IMG/VR virus record: IMGVR_UViG_3300011258_000777 | Span: 5,893 to 69,892 of that record | Length of the DNA stretch: 64,000 nt | Strand: one strand, 5' to 3' | From: a virus | Part shown: positions 27,179 to 36,697 of the stretch, one piece after another | How the letters are laid out: each line of letters opens with the position of its first letter | Position numbering within the stretch: position 1 is the stretch's first letter | The notes under the pieces: generated by a model | Seen by the model: the letters and a program-made list of their open reading frames with translations, nothing else | The model's database searches: none | Told to the model about the DNA's origin: nothing | Translations under genes and position numbers: made by a program

Positions 27179-28059
27179 TCCTCTTCCTCCACACATAATC
27201 TATTCAGTTGATGCGGCTTAGTCAAGCGCCAGTTGGGCGATCCCACGACATTATCTGACGCGAGGTAGGCTCGGTAGCCATCCCACTCTCTGAGATCGTA
27301 GAACCAGTCTAACTCTTTGCGGAAGCATTCTTCTTCGCTCACCTTGTCAAAGATTGTCGCGAGGTCAAAATGCTGTGCTGTCCAGCGTTCTTCCTTCGGC
27401 ATTTTCTTTAAGTCGCGCCAAGTCTCGTTAGGACCCAGCGGATAATGGTCGCGGGTTGTAAGTTTGTTGACTTCTCTGCGGCACTGGATAAAGTCTTCGC
27501 CTCTCATAGTGAAGGGGATTGGTAAATTATCCTTTACTGTCTTACCCTCGCTAGTAAAGAAAAAGTTCTTTGTGGTGTTGGAAAGTTTCTTTCTTTGTTC
27601 TCGCAACGACCAGTAATCATAGGCATTATTTGGAAACGACACAAAGTATTTCTTTGGGACGACCCATTTTGAGATCCTGTAAGAAGTATACCAAGCAGAA
27701 TGCATCCCAAATAGAGCAGACCAGCCATAACTATCACGCTTGTCTCTATCTTTTGGTAGGATAGGAACATAATAGATGGGGATGTGGGTTCTTCTCTGGA
27801 CAACGTAATTGTTTATGTAGTCGTCCCAAAAGTAAACAGGATCATAGACCCACTCGCCTATGTGCTTCTTGACCAGCGGGGCTAGATCGTCGTTGGCTAC
27901 GATCCAGATCGTAGAACAACCAGCCAGGGCGCACTCAAACACAGACTTCTGGATGAGAGTGAAGTCGTTTTCAATAGGAAGCATAAACGAATCATAAGGC
28001 AACTTGTAGTTGTCGTCAAAGTTCGCTAATGGGATGATGCCTGCTAGGTGTTTAGCCAT
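27175..28059 (-). CDS. sugar-nucleotidyltransferase-fold protein (degenerate)
   Basis: AGIIPLA...MLPI...LIQKSVFECALAGCSTIWIV resembles the NTP-transferase N-terminus but lacks GxGxR. Confidence 0.55.
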   Translation of the reverse strand: MAKHLAGIIPLANFDDNYKLPYDSFMLPIENDFTLIQKSVFECALAGCSTIWIVANDDLAPLVKKHIGEWVYDPVYFWDDYINNYVVQRRTHIPIYYVPILPKDRDKRDSYGWSALFGMHSAWYTSYRISKWVVPKKYFVSFPNNAYDYWSLREQRKKLSNTTKNFFFTSEGKTVKDNLPIPFTMRGEDFIQCRREVNKLTTRDHYPLGPNETWRDLKKMPKEERWTAQHFDLATIFDKVSEEECFRKELDWFYDLREWDGYRAYLASDNVVGSPNWRLTKPHQLNRLCVEEEE

Positions 28060-28934
28060 AATCTTTCCAGAATTCTTTTTTGTGCTCTCGCTATGTCGGG
28101 GAGTCGTAGTAGAAGTGCTTCTTCAGTAATCTTCGGAACTTTGATCGAATCTGTCTCCAACCAAACTGGAGGAGATGATAGGAATTTATCACGATTGATC
28201 GCTTCAACCTTGAAACTTCTGTATCTTCTTTTTCCATCTGCTTGCCATCCATTCTTTGTTCCTCTCAGTCCTAATTCCCTCATTTTACTGACGGTTGTGA
28301 GCCTCACTATGGTCTCTGAAAAATCAAAGTCATCTATCTGCTCTTCAGTTAAAATTGAAAGCACGCAGGCATCCTTCACGGGCAGCCTGCCATCGATTCT
28401 AGGTGATAAATAAAACCAAACCTTGTTGCAAAATGAATCTTCAGTCTCTATCAGATCAAGGTGATGTTTCCCTCCTCTTGAGAATGCCAAAGTGTCATAA
28501 ACTTGATAGGTTTTTGGCTTATCCTCGCAAGATAAAAGGTTATAGGTTGCGTGCTCATCAAAGTAGTGGCACACGCCAAATCTTACTGTCCTCAACTTAG
28601 CATAGTCGGAGTGACCTGTCAATTCATTTTCGTAAATTCGTAATGAACTACATAGATCAGAGAACGGAGCAAGTCCTTTAAGTCCGAGAACAAAAAGAAG
28701 ATGCTCCCATAATGCTGTCTTAGGCTGCCCTGTTGATCTCTCGCCAATTGGAGTCGTCCAAAGTTGTGACTCATTATGGAGACCCCAACTAGACAAGTCA
28801 ACAGAAGGCGAGAAGTGATCAAATTGGTGGGGCTTCTCTGGTGTTGTAAAAAACACCGGGAAATCGTTAAGAGAAGCAAACAGGAGAGCGCGAAGCGAAG
28901 AACCAACTACAATTTCATCGTAGTAAGGATTCAA
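28044..28934 (-). CDS. hypothetical protein with a degenerate Rossmann-like N-terminus
   Basis: YDEIVVGSSLRALLFA resembles D-hhh-G-x-G-xx-G without the last two Gly. Confidence 0.5.
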   Translation of the reverse strand: MNPYYDEIVVGSSLRALLFASLNDFPVFFTTPEKPHQFDHFSPSVDLSSWGLHNESQLWTTPIGERSTGQPKTALWEHLLFVLGLKGLAPFSDLCSSLRIYENELTGHSDYAKLRTVRFGVCHYFDEHATYNLLSCEDKPKTYQVYDTLAFSRGGKHHLDLIETEDSFCNKVWFYLSPRIDGRLPVKDACVLSILTEEQIDDFDFSETIVRLTTVSKMRELGLRGTKNGWQADGKRRYRSFKVEAINRDKFLSSPPVWLETDSIKVPKITEEALLLRLPDIARAQKRILERLWLNT

Positions 28935-29563
28935 CTATCCCCCTTCATCTCCTGTAGGACCTGCTTTGCGAGTCGTGAGATAAGAAACTTGGTGTTGTTT
29001 TGCATTCTTGCTTTAGTTTCAAGACCCTCGGCAAACTGAATTGGTCTCTTTGACTTACCAACGCGAGTCATAAACTCACCTTCTTTGCCGCCTAGGAACT
29101 CGCCTGTCTCTTCTTCGTTGCCGTAGCCAGGAAAGTCAGCGTCGTTTGTTCCAATAAGGTAAGATTGTTCGCCGCCGCGAGGAACAAACAAGACAGAATC
29201 CTGACAGAAGTGCTCGCCGAGACCAGTTATTGTGTCCTTGAAATTTGGATCATCTTTAAGATTCACAACAAAGAAAGAGTCTTCCTTGACCTCTTTGGCT
29301 GCGTCTGTTCCAAAATACTCAACGTAGGTTCCATCAACATCTGTGACGCCATAGCCCTTGTTGAGCAGAACAGCTTTTAGCTGGCGGTTGCGCTCATAGT
29401 TCTCCATAGTGTTGCTATGATCAGGCATACACTTTGTTCTATCTTTATTGTTGTCGCGAAACGCTGTCATAAACCCGGTGTCGTGGTTAAGAATGTGTTC
29501 ATAGGTGCGACTGATTGAACTCTCTGTTAAGAATTCCTTCCACTCTGTTATAACTTTTTTCAT
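28931..29563 (-). CDS. conserved phage-type hypothetical protein with LxE leader
   Basis: MKKVITEWKEFLTESSISR leader; TAFR, GTYVE, EDSFFV, QDSVLF core. Confidence 0.7.
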   Translation of the reverse strand: MKKVITEWKEFLTESSISRTYEHILNHDTGFMTAFRDNNKDRTKCMPDHSNTMENYERNRQLKAVLLNKGYGVTDVDGTYVEYFGTDAAKEVKEDSFFVVNLKDDPNFKDTITGLGEHFCQDSVLFVPRGGEQSYLIGTNDADFPGYGNEEETGEFLGGKEGEFMTRVGKSKRPIQFAEGLETKARMQNNTKFLISRLAKQVLQEMKGDS

Positions 29564-29578
29564 TTTGTTCTCCAGCTA

Positions 29579-29585
29579 TAAATAG
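29579..29585 (-). promoter_or_regulatory. CTATTTA putative late-promoter motif
   Basis: AACTATTTATAG immediately before GGAG-ATG 29563. Confidence 0.6.
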
Positions 29586-29747
29586 TTAGCCTTTTTTCGT
29601 GATCACTATTGTTGTAGCATTTAATTCAAAGTCTCTTCCCACCTCAATCTTCAAAGTGGTTTCTTCTTTCCAGCCAAGCATTTTGATAACCTCTTTGGGG
29701 ATAGTAATCAAATGCTCATCATCATTTTTTATCATTTTAACTTTCAT
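29586..29747 (-). CDS. AbrB/MazE-like DNA-binding protein
   Basis: LITIPKEVIKMLGWKEETTLKIEV swapped-hairpin pattern; start at ATG 29747. Confidence 0.7.
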   Translation of the reverse strand: MKVKMIKNDDEHLITIPKEVIKMLGWKEETTLKIEVGRDFELNATTIVITKKG

Positions 29748-29938
29748 TTGCTTTCCTCTAGTAGTCTTACTTTGTGAGAGTTTGTCCAAAACTGCTGGAC
29801 TATCTTCTTATCGTAGGGATGGAAAAACTCAACAATGATCCCATCTTCCTTGACTTCTATGATTGTTGCCTCTATCCCATCTATTCTGGTAGTTGATGTC
29901 TGTGGGATAACTTGGATTATCTTATCGCCGACTTTCAT
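29744..29938 (-). CDS. hypothetical protein
   Basis: 64 aa, ATGA-coupled on both sides. Confidence 0.55.
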   Translation of the reverse strand: MKVGDKIIQVIPQTSTTRIDGIEATIIEVKEDGIIVEFFHPYDKKIVQQFWTNSHKVRLLEESK

Positions 29939-30297
29939 TTCTTTCTCTCCACAACAATAGGAACAAGGTTATCGTCTTCAAGAGACCAATGACGCCTAGC
30001 GACTACTGTGTCTTCTCCAAACACCTTCAGCGCTGCTATGCTTTTCTGTAAATAGTCTGGGATTGTTGCCCAGCGAGTAGTAGCGATGGTGGTGAAAAGA
30101 GAGCTTGGGTCTTTGTCGCCCATTGTCTCTACATCATTTGGCGTCAGCATAGCACTCATAACCTTTGCTGTGTGATGAGGATTTTCATAGTCTATCTCTT
30201 TGTCACTAAAAGAGATAAACTGAATGTAAATTGTGCTGCCGCTGAATTCGCCCTCTTCGGGCTTGGATTCAATCCAAAGTGGTCCTTCGATTTTCAT
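29935..30297 (-). CDS. hypothetical protein
   Basis: 120 aa, ATGA-coupled to thyX. Confidence 0.55.
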   Translation of the reverse strand: MKIEGPLWIESKPEEGEFSGSTIYIQFISFSDKEIDYENPHHTAKVMSAMLTPNDVETMGDKDPSSLFTTIATTRWATIPDYLQKSIAALKVFGEDTVVARRHWSLEDDNLVPIVVERKK

Positions 30298-30944
30298 TCT
30301 TCGTTCTCCTTGACTGGAAGCATTCCTGCTGCGGTCATAGCCTCAATCGTCTTGGGGAAGTCGCCTTGCTCTTCTACAAGTCGTAGCATTTCTGCTGCGA
30401 CCTCGCGAACCTCCAACTGGGCGTGTTCGTCATTGCGTAGCTTCTGGAAGTGGGCGAAAGAACGCCAGTTGAACATAATGTCGCAAGTGATTTGAATGCC
30501 GTAGGGTAGGTAAAGGCGAGCACTTTCCTTCGCACGCTTTCGCGTGTAACCCTTGTCTTCTAGACGAGCAATGCACTTGTGATAGCGGTCGTAGGCGTCC
30601 TTGATAAAGGCTTCTAGTTCGCCCTGCTCTTCTTCGTCCCAGTCAACGGGAAGGTGATACTTATCAACTTTGAATTCCTTGTAGCGTGCCGACTCTGCGT
30701 TGATGTTTACACCAATCCTGTGTTTGAGTAGGTGGATGTGCGTAGCGATGTCGGTTGTTACGAGAAAGTGTAGAGATGACTTCTCAAACGGAGTGTGATG
30801 TCCTTCGGTTGCTAGCATCTTGAGAAGCTTTCCGATGCGGGCTCGCTTCTTTGGACCTAACTGGCGGCTAGTGCTAGTCCAAGCCGAGAGTGCGTGCGTT
30901 TCGTCACTCCCGTAGGTTCCCATTAGTTCAACTTCGTTATTCAT
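30294..30944 (-). CDS. thyX: FAD-dependent thymidylate synthase
   Basis: HHTPFE, KHRIGVNINAESARY (RHR-x7/8-SxR variant), ARLYLP, LRNDEHAQLEVR. Confidence 0.93.
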   Translation of the reverse strand: MNNEVELMGTYGSDETHALSAWTSTSRQLGPKKRARIGKLLKMLATEGHHTPFEKSSLHFLVTTDIATHIHLLKHRIGVNINAESARYKEFKVDKYHLPVDWDEEEQGELEAFIKDAYDRYHKCIARLEDKGYTRKRAKESARLYLPYGIQITCDIMFNWRSFAHFQKLRNDEHAQLEVREVAAEMLRLVEEQGDFPKTIEAMTAAGMLPVKENEE

Positions 30945-30964
30945 TTGCTCTCCGTTATGTCTAT

Positions 30965-30993
30965 AACATAACAGGTCGCAGGTCAGTCGTCAA
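30965..30993 (-). promoter_or_regulatory. sigma70-type promoter upstream of thyX
   Basis: TTGACG-N17-TATGTT. Confidence 0.6.
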
Positions 30994-31876
30994 GATCTTC
31001 AAGCAAAGTTTTTATGTCTAGCCCTGCGCAGTCAATCTTCTTCTTGTTGACGTGGTAGTGGCTGACGAAGCCGCGTTCCTTGCCGTAAGTCCAAGCCTGC
31101 TCGTAACCTGTGGAGGTTTTACCGAATTGGTTCGTTGGGGTGTCCAATGGAACATCGCAAGCGTTATGAATAGCCTTCCATAGTGCTTGGAGTGCTTGGA
31201 TCTGGACTGGGTAGAAATCAAGGAACGGATCTAATTTGCTGTTATGAACCCAAGCATCTTCTACCACGGGTCTTTCGCCAAAGCCCTTGCGAACATAGGT
31301 GCTCTGATACTTTGGGTAGTAAGCGTTTGTGATCTCAACGCCAACGGACTTGCGGTTTACATTACCTGCGTGGAATGCTGCGTGTTGGAGGTCTAGGGTC
31401 TGGTAAATTGTGCCGTCATTGTCGATCAAGAAGTGGACGGAAATGCCGCGTTTATCTAGAACCTTCTGGCATTGTGTTGAGGACAAACAGACATCCCAAT
31501 GGTTGATGAACAACTTAACGTCGCGCTTTGGTCTGCCTGTGTAATCATAGTAGGTGCCGGAGCGGGCGGCAAGACCACCACGCTCCGACCATAGAACTAA
31601 TTTGTCCCACTTAATAGGGGTAAACTCGCCATTGTAAACAATGTAGTTTGAATAGTGTGGATCTTCAGGTTTGTGATCGTCAATGTTTTCTTGTCTCTCA
31701 ACCCAAAGGCGGCGGAAGGTAGATGGACCGCAAAGCCCATCAGCCTTCAACCCATAGCGCTTTTGAAATCGCTTTACTGCTCTTACAAGTTTATCATCAA
31801 AATACTTCTCACCAAACCAAGTTGGATCCCAGCCAAGGTTGGATGCTGATGACTGGTTGTAAAAGTCTTTATTCAT
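30983..31876 (-). CDS. endolysin: peptidoglycan-binding domain plus N-acetylmuramoyl-L-alanine amidase (Amidase_2)
   Basis: AVKRFQKRYGLKADGLCGPST PG-binding motif; INHWD, SVHFLID..G.IYQ, AFHAG..N..SVGVE, SHY, KIDC. Confidence 0.88.
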   Translation of the reverse strand: MNKDFYNQSSASNLGWDPTWFGEKYFDDKLVRAVKRFQKRYGLKADGLCGPSTFRRLWVERQENIDDHKPEDPHYSNYIVYNGEFTPIKWDKLVLWSERGGLAARSGTYYDYTGRPKRDVKLFINHWDVCLSSTQCQKVLDKRGISVHFLIDNDGTIYQTLDLQHAAFHAGNVNRKSVGVEITNAYYPKYQSTYVRKGFGERPVVEDAWVHNSKLDPFLDFYPVQIQALQALWKAIHNACDVPLDTPTNQFGKTSTGYEQAWTYGKERGFVSHYHVNKKKIDCAGLDIKTLLEDLDD

Positions 31877-32149
31877 TTAATCGATTACTCCTATTACATA
31901 GTTCTCTAAAATCGTGTAATAAGTAGAATGTTCAATAACTAAATCGCTCAACATCTTCTTATTGATGACGATTTTATCACCCTTCTCACATTCAAATGAC
32001 ACATCGTCAGCCACGCCAAGAACTTTTACTATGATGTGGTTTTCTTCTGGAGCCTTGTAATCATCTGGCAACAAGATCCCAGAGTCTGATTTCTCCTGTG
32101 GGGGATTGTAATCAACTAGGATGTGTCTGTTTACTGGTCTAATCATCAT
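31877..32149 (-). CDS. groS: co-chaperonin GroES
   Basis: IRPVNRHILV...KSDSGILLP...V.GV...GDKIV...ENYVIGVI; 90 aa. Confidence 0.82.
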   Translation of the reverse strand: MMIRPVNRHILVDYNPPQEKSDSGILLPDDYKAPEENHIIVKVLGVADDVSFECEKGDKIVINKKMLSDLVIEHSTYYTILENYVIGVID

Positions 32150-32369
32150 TTACCTCTTTTAAAATAACTTTTTCGTGTGTTTTGTAGTCTTCAGAGTGTA
32201 GGAACTTTTCAGTTCTTGCTCCACACTCATCGCATAGCATACTTACGCAAACATTGTTGCCTGCGGTTGCCTGTCCTTCAGAGACAGGCTTCCATTTACA
32301 AACAACAAGGTTTCTATTTTTACAAAATTGTAATCGCTCTTTTTCATTGAGCAAGTGATTGAACTTCAT
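32139..32369 (-). CDS. hypothetical Cys-rich protein
   Basis: 76 aa, includes CDEC. Confidence 0.55.
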   Translation of the reverse strand: MKFNHLLNEKERLQFCKNRNLVVCKWKPVSEGQATAGNNVCVSMLCDECGARTEKFLHSEDYKTHEKVILKEVNDD

Positions 32370-32377
32370 TTTTCCTC

Positions 32378-34339
32378 CTAGAGTTCGCAGTGGTCGGAAT
32401 CGCAGAACTTCGTGCCTGCGCCGCCTTCGTCAGTCATAAATCGATGAACAGGAGTAATACCCCTTGACATCTCCTCATACTTTTCCTTATCAATGGGCTC
32501 ATAAGGAGCCTGGACATAACCAGTCTCTTCATAGCGAAGGAAAGAAACAGCCTTCAATCTCGTCTCATACATCTCAAGGGCAGTCTTTATGTCTGCCGCT
32601 TCTTCTGGCTTGAAGGTGACTGTGATAGAAACAGAGTTGTCAGCCCAGTAGTGTTGGTATTGTGCTGCTATCTCTAGTTGCTCCCACATTGTGATCTCTC
32701 TCTTGCCCTTAACAAAGTGCTCTTCGTGGACAGGGAACTCAACACACATAGTGTTCGGAGAGTAGTGGTCAGGCTCAATCTTGTATCCTGCTTCTTTGAG
32801 GGCAGGGAGCATGTCACTATCAGCCGCAAAGCGAATGCGACGAATGTAGTATTCATCTTCGGGGTAGTGGATGCCGGGGGTTGAGCCATTGAGAAGAGAG
32901 ACCGTGCCAGAAGGCTTGATGCTGGTCATTCGGACAGACTTTGGAATACAAAGCCAATCAGAATACTTTGCGTCAAGACCCTTAACGTGCTCATAAGCAT
33001 TGTCGCACCATTCCATCAACTTACGGCGACCAAACTTATTGAATGCCTGAACAACGCCGGACTGGGAGAGTCCAATGCGGCGGTTCTTTAGCATCTTTGC
33101 GTTGGTCTCAGCCCAATGTGTGTTGGCGAGGGTAACGGTCTTGCCGTAAAGGTAGGCAATCTTGAGGGTAGCGAGGTAATCCTCGTAAGTCTCGTGCTTA
33201 GCCGGGAATGTCTCTACAAGACAACAAAGCTCGGCATCCTCAAGCTGCTGCTCGACGCACGGGTTGAAGCCCATAACATTCTTATCGTCGTCTCTCGGAG
33301 GATCAGCAAAACGACCGCGAGTTCTTGCGTTGTCTAGCCAGATGTAGCCGGGCTCGCCGTTCTTCTGTGACTGCTCTGCGTGCCAAGTGTAATCCTGACC
33401 GACGATGGCGTGGAAAGAGTTGTTAGAACCCCAGCGATGGTGAGCCAGCTTCTCTGGATCGTTCTTCATCTGTAGGTAATCACGATCTTCGTGATTTCCG
33501 AGAGCCAACGCCGCAGAACGACGAACATTACCGGCGACAACACAACGACCGATGAGGTTCTCTGTGTCTACGATGTCAACAGATGTGATTTCCTGACCGA
33601 TGCGACCAGTGTAAAGCTCTACCAAGCTAGCGTGTAGTTCTTCAAGAGGTCCAGAGCCGCTTGATGTTCCACCAAAGCCGTGAATTGGTGCGCCGTAGGG
33701 GCGAATGGCTGAATAGTCAAACTTTGGAACTTTAGCGCCGTGGAAGAATCCATTTAGCAGAATCTTCACTGAATCGACCCAGCCTTCGCGAGAATCTGGA
33801 ACGGTGTGAATGTCTTCTGTTAGGTCGGGCTTTTGAATAGTCAGCGTGCCAGCACCTAGTGTGTCGAAACCGACACCAATGCCCAACATAAGAGCGTCCA
33901 TCATCCAAGAGAACAAGTAGCCACCCTTGGTGCCTACCTCTCTGGTGGAACGGAAAGCGCAGTTAAATAAGCCAGCGGCTGTGCGCTCGTTTACAAACTT
34001 GGTGCCCATCATCCACAGTCCACGACCGGGTGGTGTCCACTTTAGAGTGAATAGTCTGTCATAGGCATCTTTAGCGGTCTTCTGTGACTTTGCGTCATTC
34101 CACTCAAGACCGAGTTTGTAGACGTGCTGCTTCTGCATGTCAAACATTCCCTCGATGACTCGCCTACAAGTCTGGAACCACTCCTCAGTTCCAGTAGCCT
34201 CCTCGTTGAACTCACTTAGGCGGCGTGCATAGGTGCGTTTAAAAGTTACATAACCGAGAGGACCCCACGGGACTTCACGATCTTTGTATTGCTCTATAAA
34301 TGTATCTGATAGTTTAAATCTACGAATGTGTGTTCTCAT
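32378..34339 (-). CDS. nrdJ: class II (adenosylcobalamin-dependent) ribonucleotide reductase, monomeric RTPR type
   Basis: PPGRGLW, LFNC, GNVRRSA, NPCVEQ.L, KPSGTVS, C-terminal CDSDHC; no class I beta-subunit gene nearby. Confidence 0.93.
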   Translation of the reverse strand: MRTHIRRFKLSDTFIEQYKDREVPWGPLGYVTFKRTYARRLSEFNEEATGTEEWFQTCRRVIEGMFDMQKQHVYKLGLEWNDAKSQKTAKDAYDRLFTLKWTPPGRGLWMMGTKFVNERTAAGLFNCAFRSTREVGTKGGYLFSWMMDALMLGIGVGFDTLGAGTLTIQKPDLTEDIHTVPDSREGWVDSVKILLNGFFHGAKVPKFDYSAIRPYGAPIHGFGGTSSGSGPLEELHASLVELYTGRIGQEITSVDIVDTENLIGRCVVAGNVRRSAALALGNHEDRDYLQMKNDPEKLAHHRWGSNNSFHAIVGQDYTWHAEQSQKNGEPGYIWLDNARTRGRFADPPRDDDKNVMGFNPCVEQQLEDAELCCLVETFPAKHETYEDYLATLKIAYLYGKTVTLANTHWAETNAKMLKNRRIGLSQSGVVQAFNKFGRRKLMEWCDNAYEHVKGLDAKYSDWLCIPKSVRMTSIKPSGTVSLLNGSTPGIHYPEDEYYIRRIRFAADSDMLPALKEAGYKIEPDHYSPNTMCVEFPVHEEHFVKGKREITMWEQLEIAAQYQHYWADNSVSITVTFKPEEAADIKTALEMYETRLKAVSFLRYEETGYVQAPYEPIDKEKYEEMSRGITPVHRFMTDEGGAGTKFCDSDHCEL

Positions 34340-35733
34340 TTGCTGTTACTCCTTAGCTTTCTGAACTTGTCATACTTGTTTTTTAAGATTTCTTTTTGTT
34401 CCTTCGCGCCAATTGCAACGGGATTCATTGCAACTTGTGGTCCAGCACCAGCAGGAACAGCCGGCTTAGGCAACATTTTGATGTTTACACTTGATGTGTC
34501 CATGAACAAGTCATAGATGATCCCATCAGGTCCATTGCGATTCTTTGCAATAAACATCTTTGCTTTGTTGTTTTGCTTGTCTTCGATGGTGCGAGACAAA
34601 GTGCAGATGAAGTCAGCCACGAAGCATTTGTTGAATGCCTCAGAGATCTGCTCCATAGTAACAACTTCAGCATTTAGACCAGAGCGATTGGTCTGTGAGG
34701 CGGTCCAGACAGGACAATTCATTTCATTGGATAGTCCTCGTAGCTCCTCGTAGATTGACTCCAGTTCTGTTCTTTTTTCTTTCCGCACTACGACGGGTCT
34801 CAACAAATCTGCGTAGTCTACGATGATTAGACCGGGCGTTATGCCCCTCTTTACTAGACGGGCGAGGTGTGATTTGATGGTGTTCGTTGAGGCAGACTTG
34901 GTTGGGTATTCCTTGACGATTAGAGTTCCGTCAAGATTGCTGATCTCTTCAAAGATCTCGTCTTTGAAGTTTGTGAGATCGGACAAAGGATACTGTGTGA
35001 TACAAGAGTCATAGCGACAAGCAACAACCGTATCCTGCAACTCCAGAGTGTAGTGAACAACAGTCTTGCCCTCTTTAATAGCTTGAGATCCAAGGTGAAC
35101 AAGAGCCATAGACTTACCTGCGCCAGTAGGGGCAATAACGACGCCAAGCTCATTTCTACCAAGTCCGCCACTTGTGATAGTGTCAATTTCTTTCCATCCT
35201 GTTGTGACCGGAAGTCTAAACTTCGGCTTGTAGCGCTCTTCAAAGTCTGCGATGAAATCGTGACCGAAGTTGTTCTCAGAGCCTAGCTTTAGAGCATCGT
35301 TGATGACCTTTGAGATCTCGTCAAAAGAGCAGGTCTGTAGAAGATTGACCGACTTCATCATAGCTTCCTTTAGCTTCTGCTTGCGGCAGAAGTCCAAGGA
35401 GGTCTCTTTGATGTAATCTATGTCGTCTGCTATCTCATTTGTATGGACTCTCGCAAAGTAATCACGAACCTGCTGCTGTGTTACTTCGCTCTCGCGGTCA
35501 AGTTCTGTCCGCAAGATAGAGATCATCGCATTCGTTGATGGATGCTTCCCATACTTTGTCCTGTAATGGACTATCTTCGCAACAAATGTGCGAAGGTATT
35601 CAAGTTCTAGAAACTCAACATCTAGAACTTCGGTTATTTGATCTGCGAAGGGTCGGTCCTCAAAAATGAGTTGAACCAACCCCTCTTGGAAGGACTTTCC
35701 GTACCTTCCAAAGTCTGCCTTGTGTGCAAGCAT
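34336..35733 (-). CDS. replicative DnaB/gp41-like helicase
   Basis: Walker A APTGAGKS, YTLEL, IVDYADL, TASQTNR, KNRNG. Confidence 0.92.
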   Translation of the reverse strand: MLAHKADFGRYGKSFQEGLVQLIFEDRPFADQITEVLDVEFLELEYLRTFVAKIVHYRTKYGKHPSTNAMISILRTELDRESEVTQQQVRDYFARVHTNEIADDIDYIKETSLDFCRKQKLKEAMMKSVNLLQTCSFDEISKVINDALKLGSENNFGHDFIADFEERYKPKFRLPVTTGWKEIDTITSGGLGRNELGVVIAPTGAGKSMALVHLGSQAIKEGKTVVHYTLELQDTVVACRYDSCITQYPLSDLTNFKDEIFEEISNLDGTLIVKEYPTKSASTNTIKSHLARLVKRGITPGLIIVDYADLLRPVVVRKEKRTELESIYEELRGLSNEMNCPVWTASQTNRSGLNAEVVTMEQISEAFNKCFVADFICTLSRTIEDKQNNKAKMFIAKNRNGPDGIIYDLFMDTSSVNIKMLPKPAVPAGAGPQVAMNPVAIGAKEQKEILKNKYDKFRKLRSNSK

Positions 35734-35758
35734 AACACTCCTTGGTCTCGCACTTATA

Positions 35759-35786
35759 AATATAACACACCTAGATAAAAAGTCAA
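35759..35786 (-). promoter_or_regulatory. sigma70-type promoter upstream of the helicase
   Basis: TTGACT-N16-TATATT. Confidence 0.6.
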
Positions 35787-35826
35787 GGCGAGTTACACTT
35801 TATTTTTACTCTTGACGCTGCCTAAC

Positions 35827-36138
35827 TTATTTCATAGACTTAGAACCGCGACACTTCCACTTCTTTCGTGATAGTGCGTTGGCGCAGGGTGGATTCTTAC
35901 ATTTCTTGATCTTTGCGGATCGTGCGCAGTAAGCATCGCCCTTGGCTGTGCCTGGGCGAATGCGATCACCGCCGCCCTTGGCTTGACCTGATTGTCCGTA
36001 TGAGCGGCACTTACCATTTACGCGCTTAGCAAAGCGTTTGCCCTTGGCAGGCTTACAGGCTTTCTTCTTTTTCTCAGCCATAAGAGCTTCGTACTCTTCT
36101 CTGATAACCTGTTTAATATATGATTCTGTTAGTTTCAT
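35827..36138 (-). CDS. small Lys/Cys-rich protein with LxE/IREE leader
   Basis: MKLTESYIKQVIREEYEALMAE then basic domain SYGQ...YCARS...RKKWKC. Confidence 0.7.
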   Translation of the reverse strand: MKLTESYIKQVIREEYEALMAEKKKKACKPAKGKRFAKRVNGKCRSYGQSGQAKGGGDRIRPGTAKGDAYCARSAKIKKCKNPPCANALSRKKWKCRGSKSMK

Positions 36139-36680
36139 CCCTTCTTGCCTCCCTTAGACTTTTTGCCCCAGCTTCCTTTCTTACCACATGCGCCAGGGGT
36201 GGGTCTACATGAAGGGTATTTTGATCTCTTTTCATCGCCTGAGCGTCCACATGGTGAGCACTTCTTCTTTCCTGTCTTTTTGTCCTTGCGGCAAGTGTTG
36301 CAATCAACCCAGCCGCCCTTCTTACCGGGAGCACCTTTGCGACCGAACCAGTCTTTAAGGCTACTCTCGGAAGAAGGTTTAGCCGTTAACTTTTTTTTTT
36401 CGGAGAGGACTGCTTGATACTCTTCCTTGATGATCTGTAGCAAGTGGTCATCAAACTCTATGCCTTCTTTCTTCTTGGACTTGTTACCCCAATTCGCTGC
36501 CCCAACCTTGCGGCACTTAACGAGAGCACCGCTTGCATAAGCAGATGGCCACACATCATAACGAGCGCGAACCTTGTGATAACAGGCATCTTTCTTGCCT
36601 TTAGATTTCTTTTTCTTTTCGTCTAGTTCGACTTCCTCTTCATTGAGAGAGTCTTCATCAAATTCATAGAGTTCTTCCAT
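36135..36680 (-). CDS. Lys/Cys-rich two-module protein with acidic leaders
   Basis: LDE|KKK..DACYHKV..WPSAYASGALVKCRK, then IIKEEYQAVLSE|KKK..LKDWF..WVDC..CGR..YPSCRP. Confidence 0.7.
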   Translation of the reverse strand: MEELYEFDEDSLNEEEVELDEKKKKSKGKKDACYHKVRARYDVWPSAYASGALVKCRKVGAANWGNKSKKKEGIEFDDHLLQIIKEEYQAVLSEKKKLTAKPSSESSLKDWFGRKGAPGKKGGWVDCNTCRKDKKTGKKKCSPCGRSGDEKRSKYPSCRPTPGACGKKGSWGKKSKGGKKG

Positions 36681-36697
36681 TTACCATACCTCGGTAG

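Noticed and set aside
29586-29938. AbrB/MazE-like gene as part of a toxin-antitoxin pair
   Set aside because: Neighbouring ORFs show no recognisable MazF, VapC or other toxin motifs.
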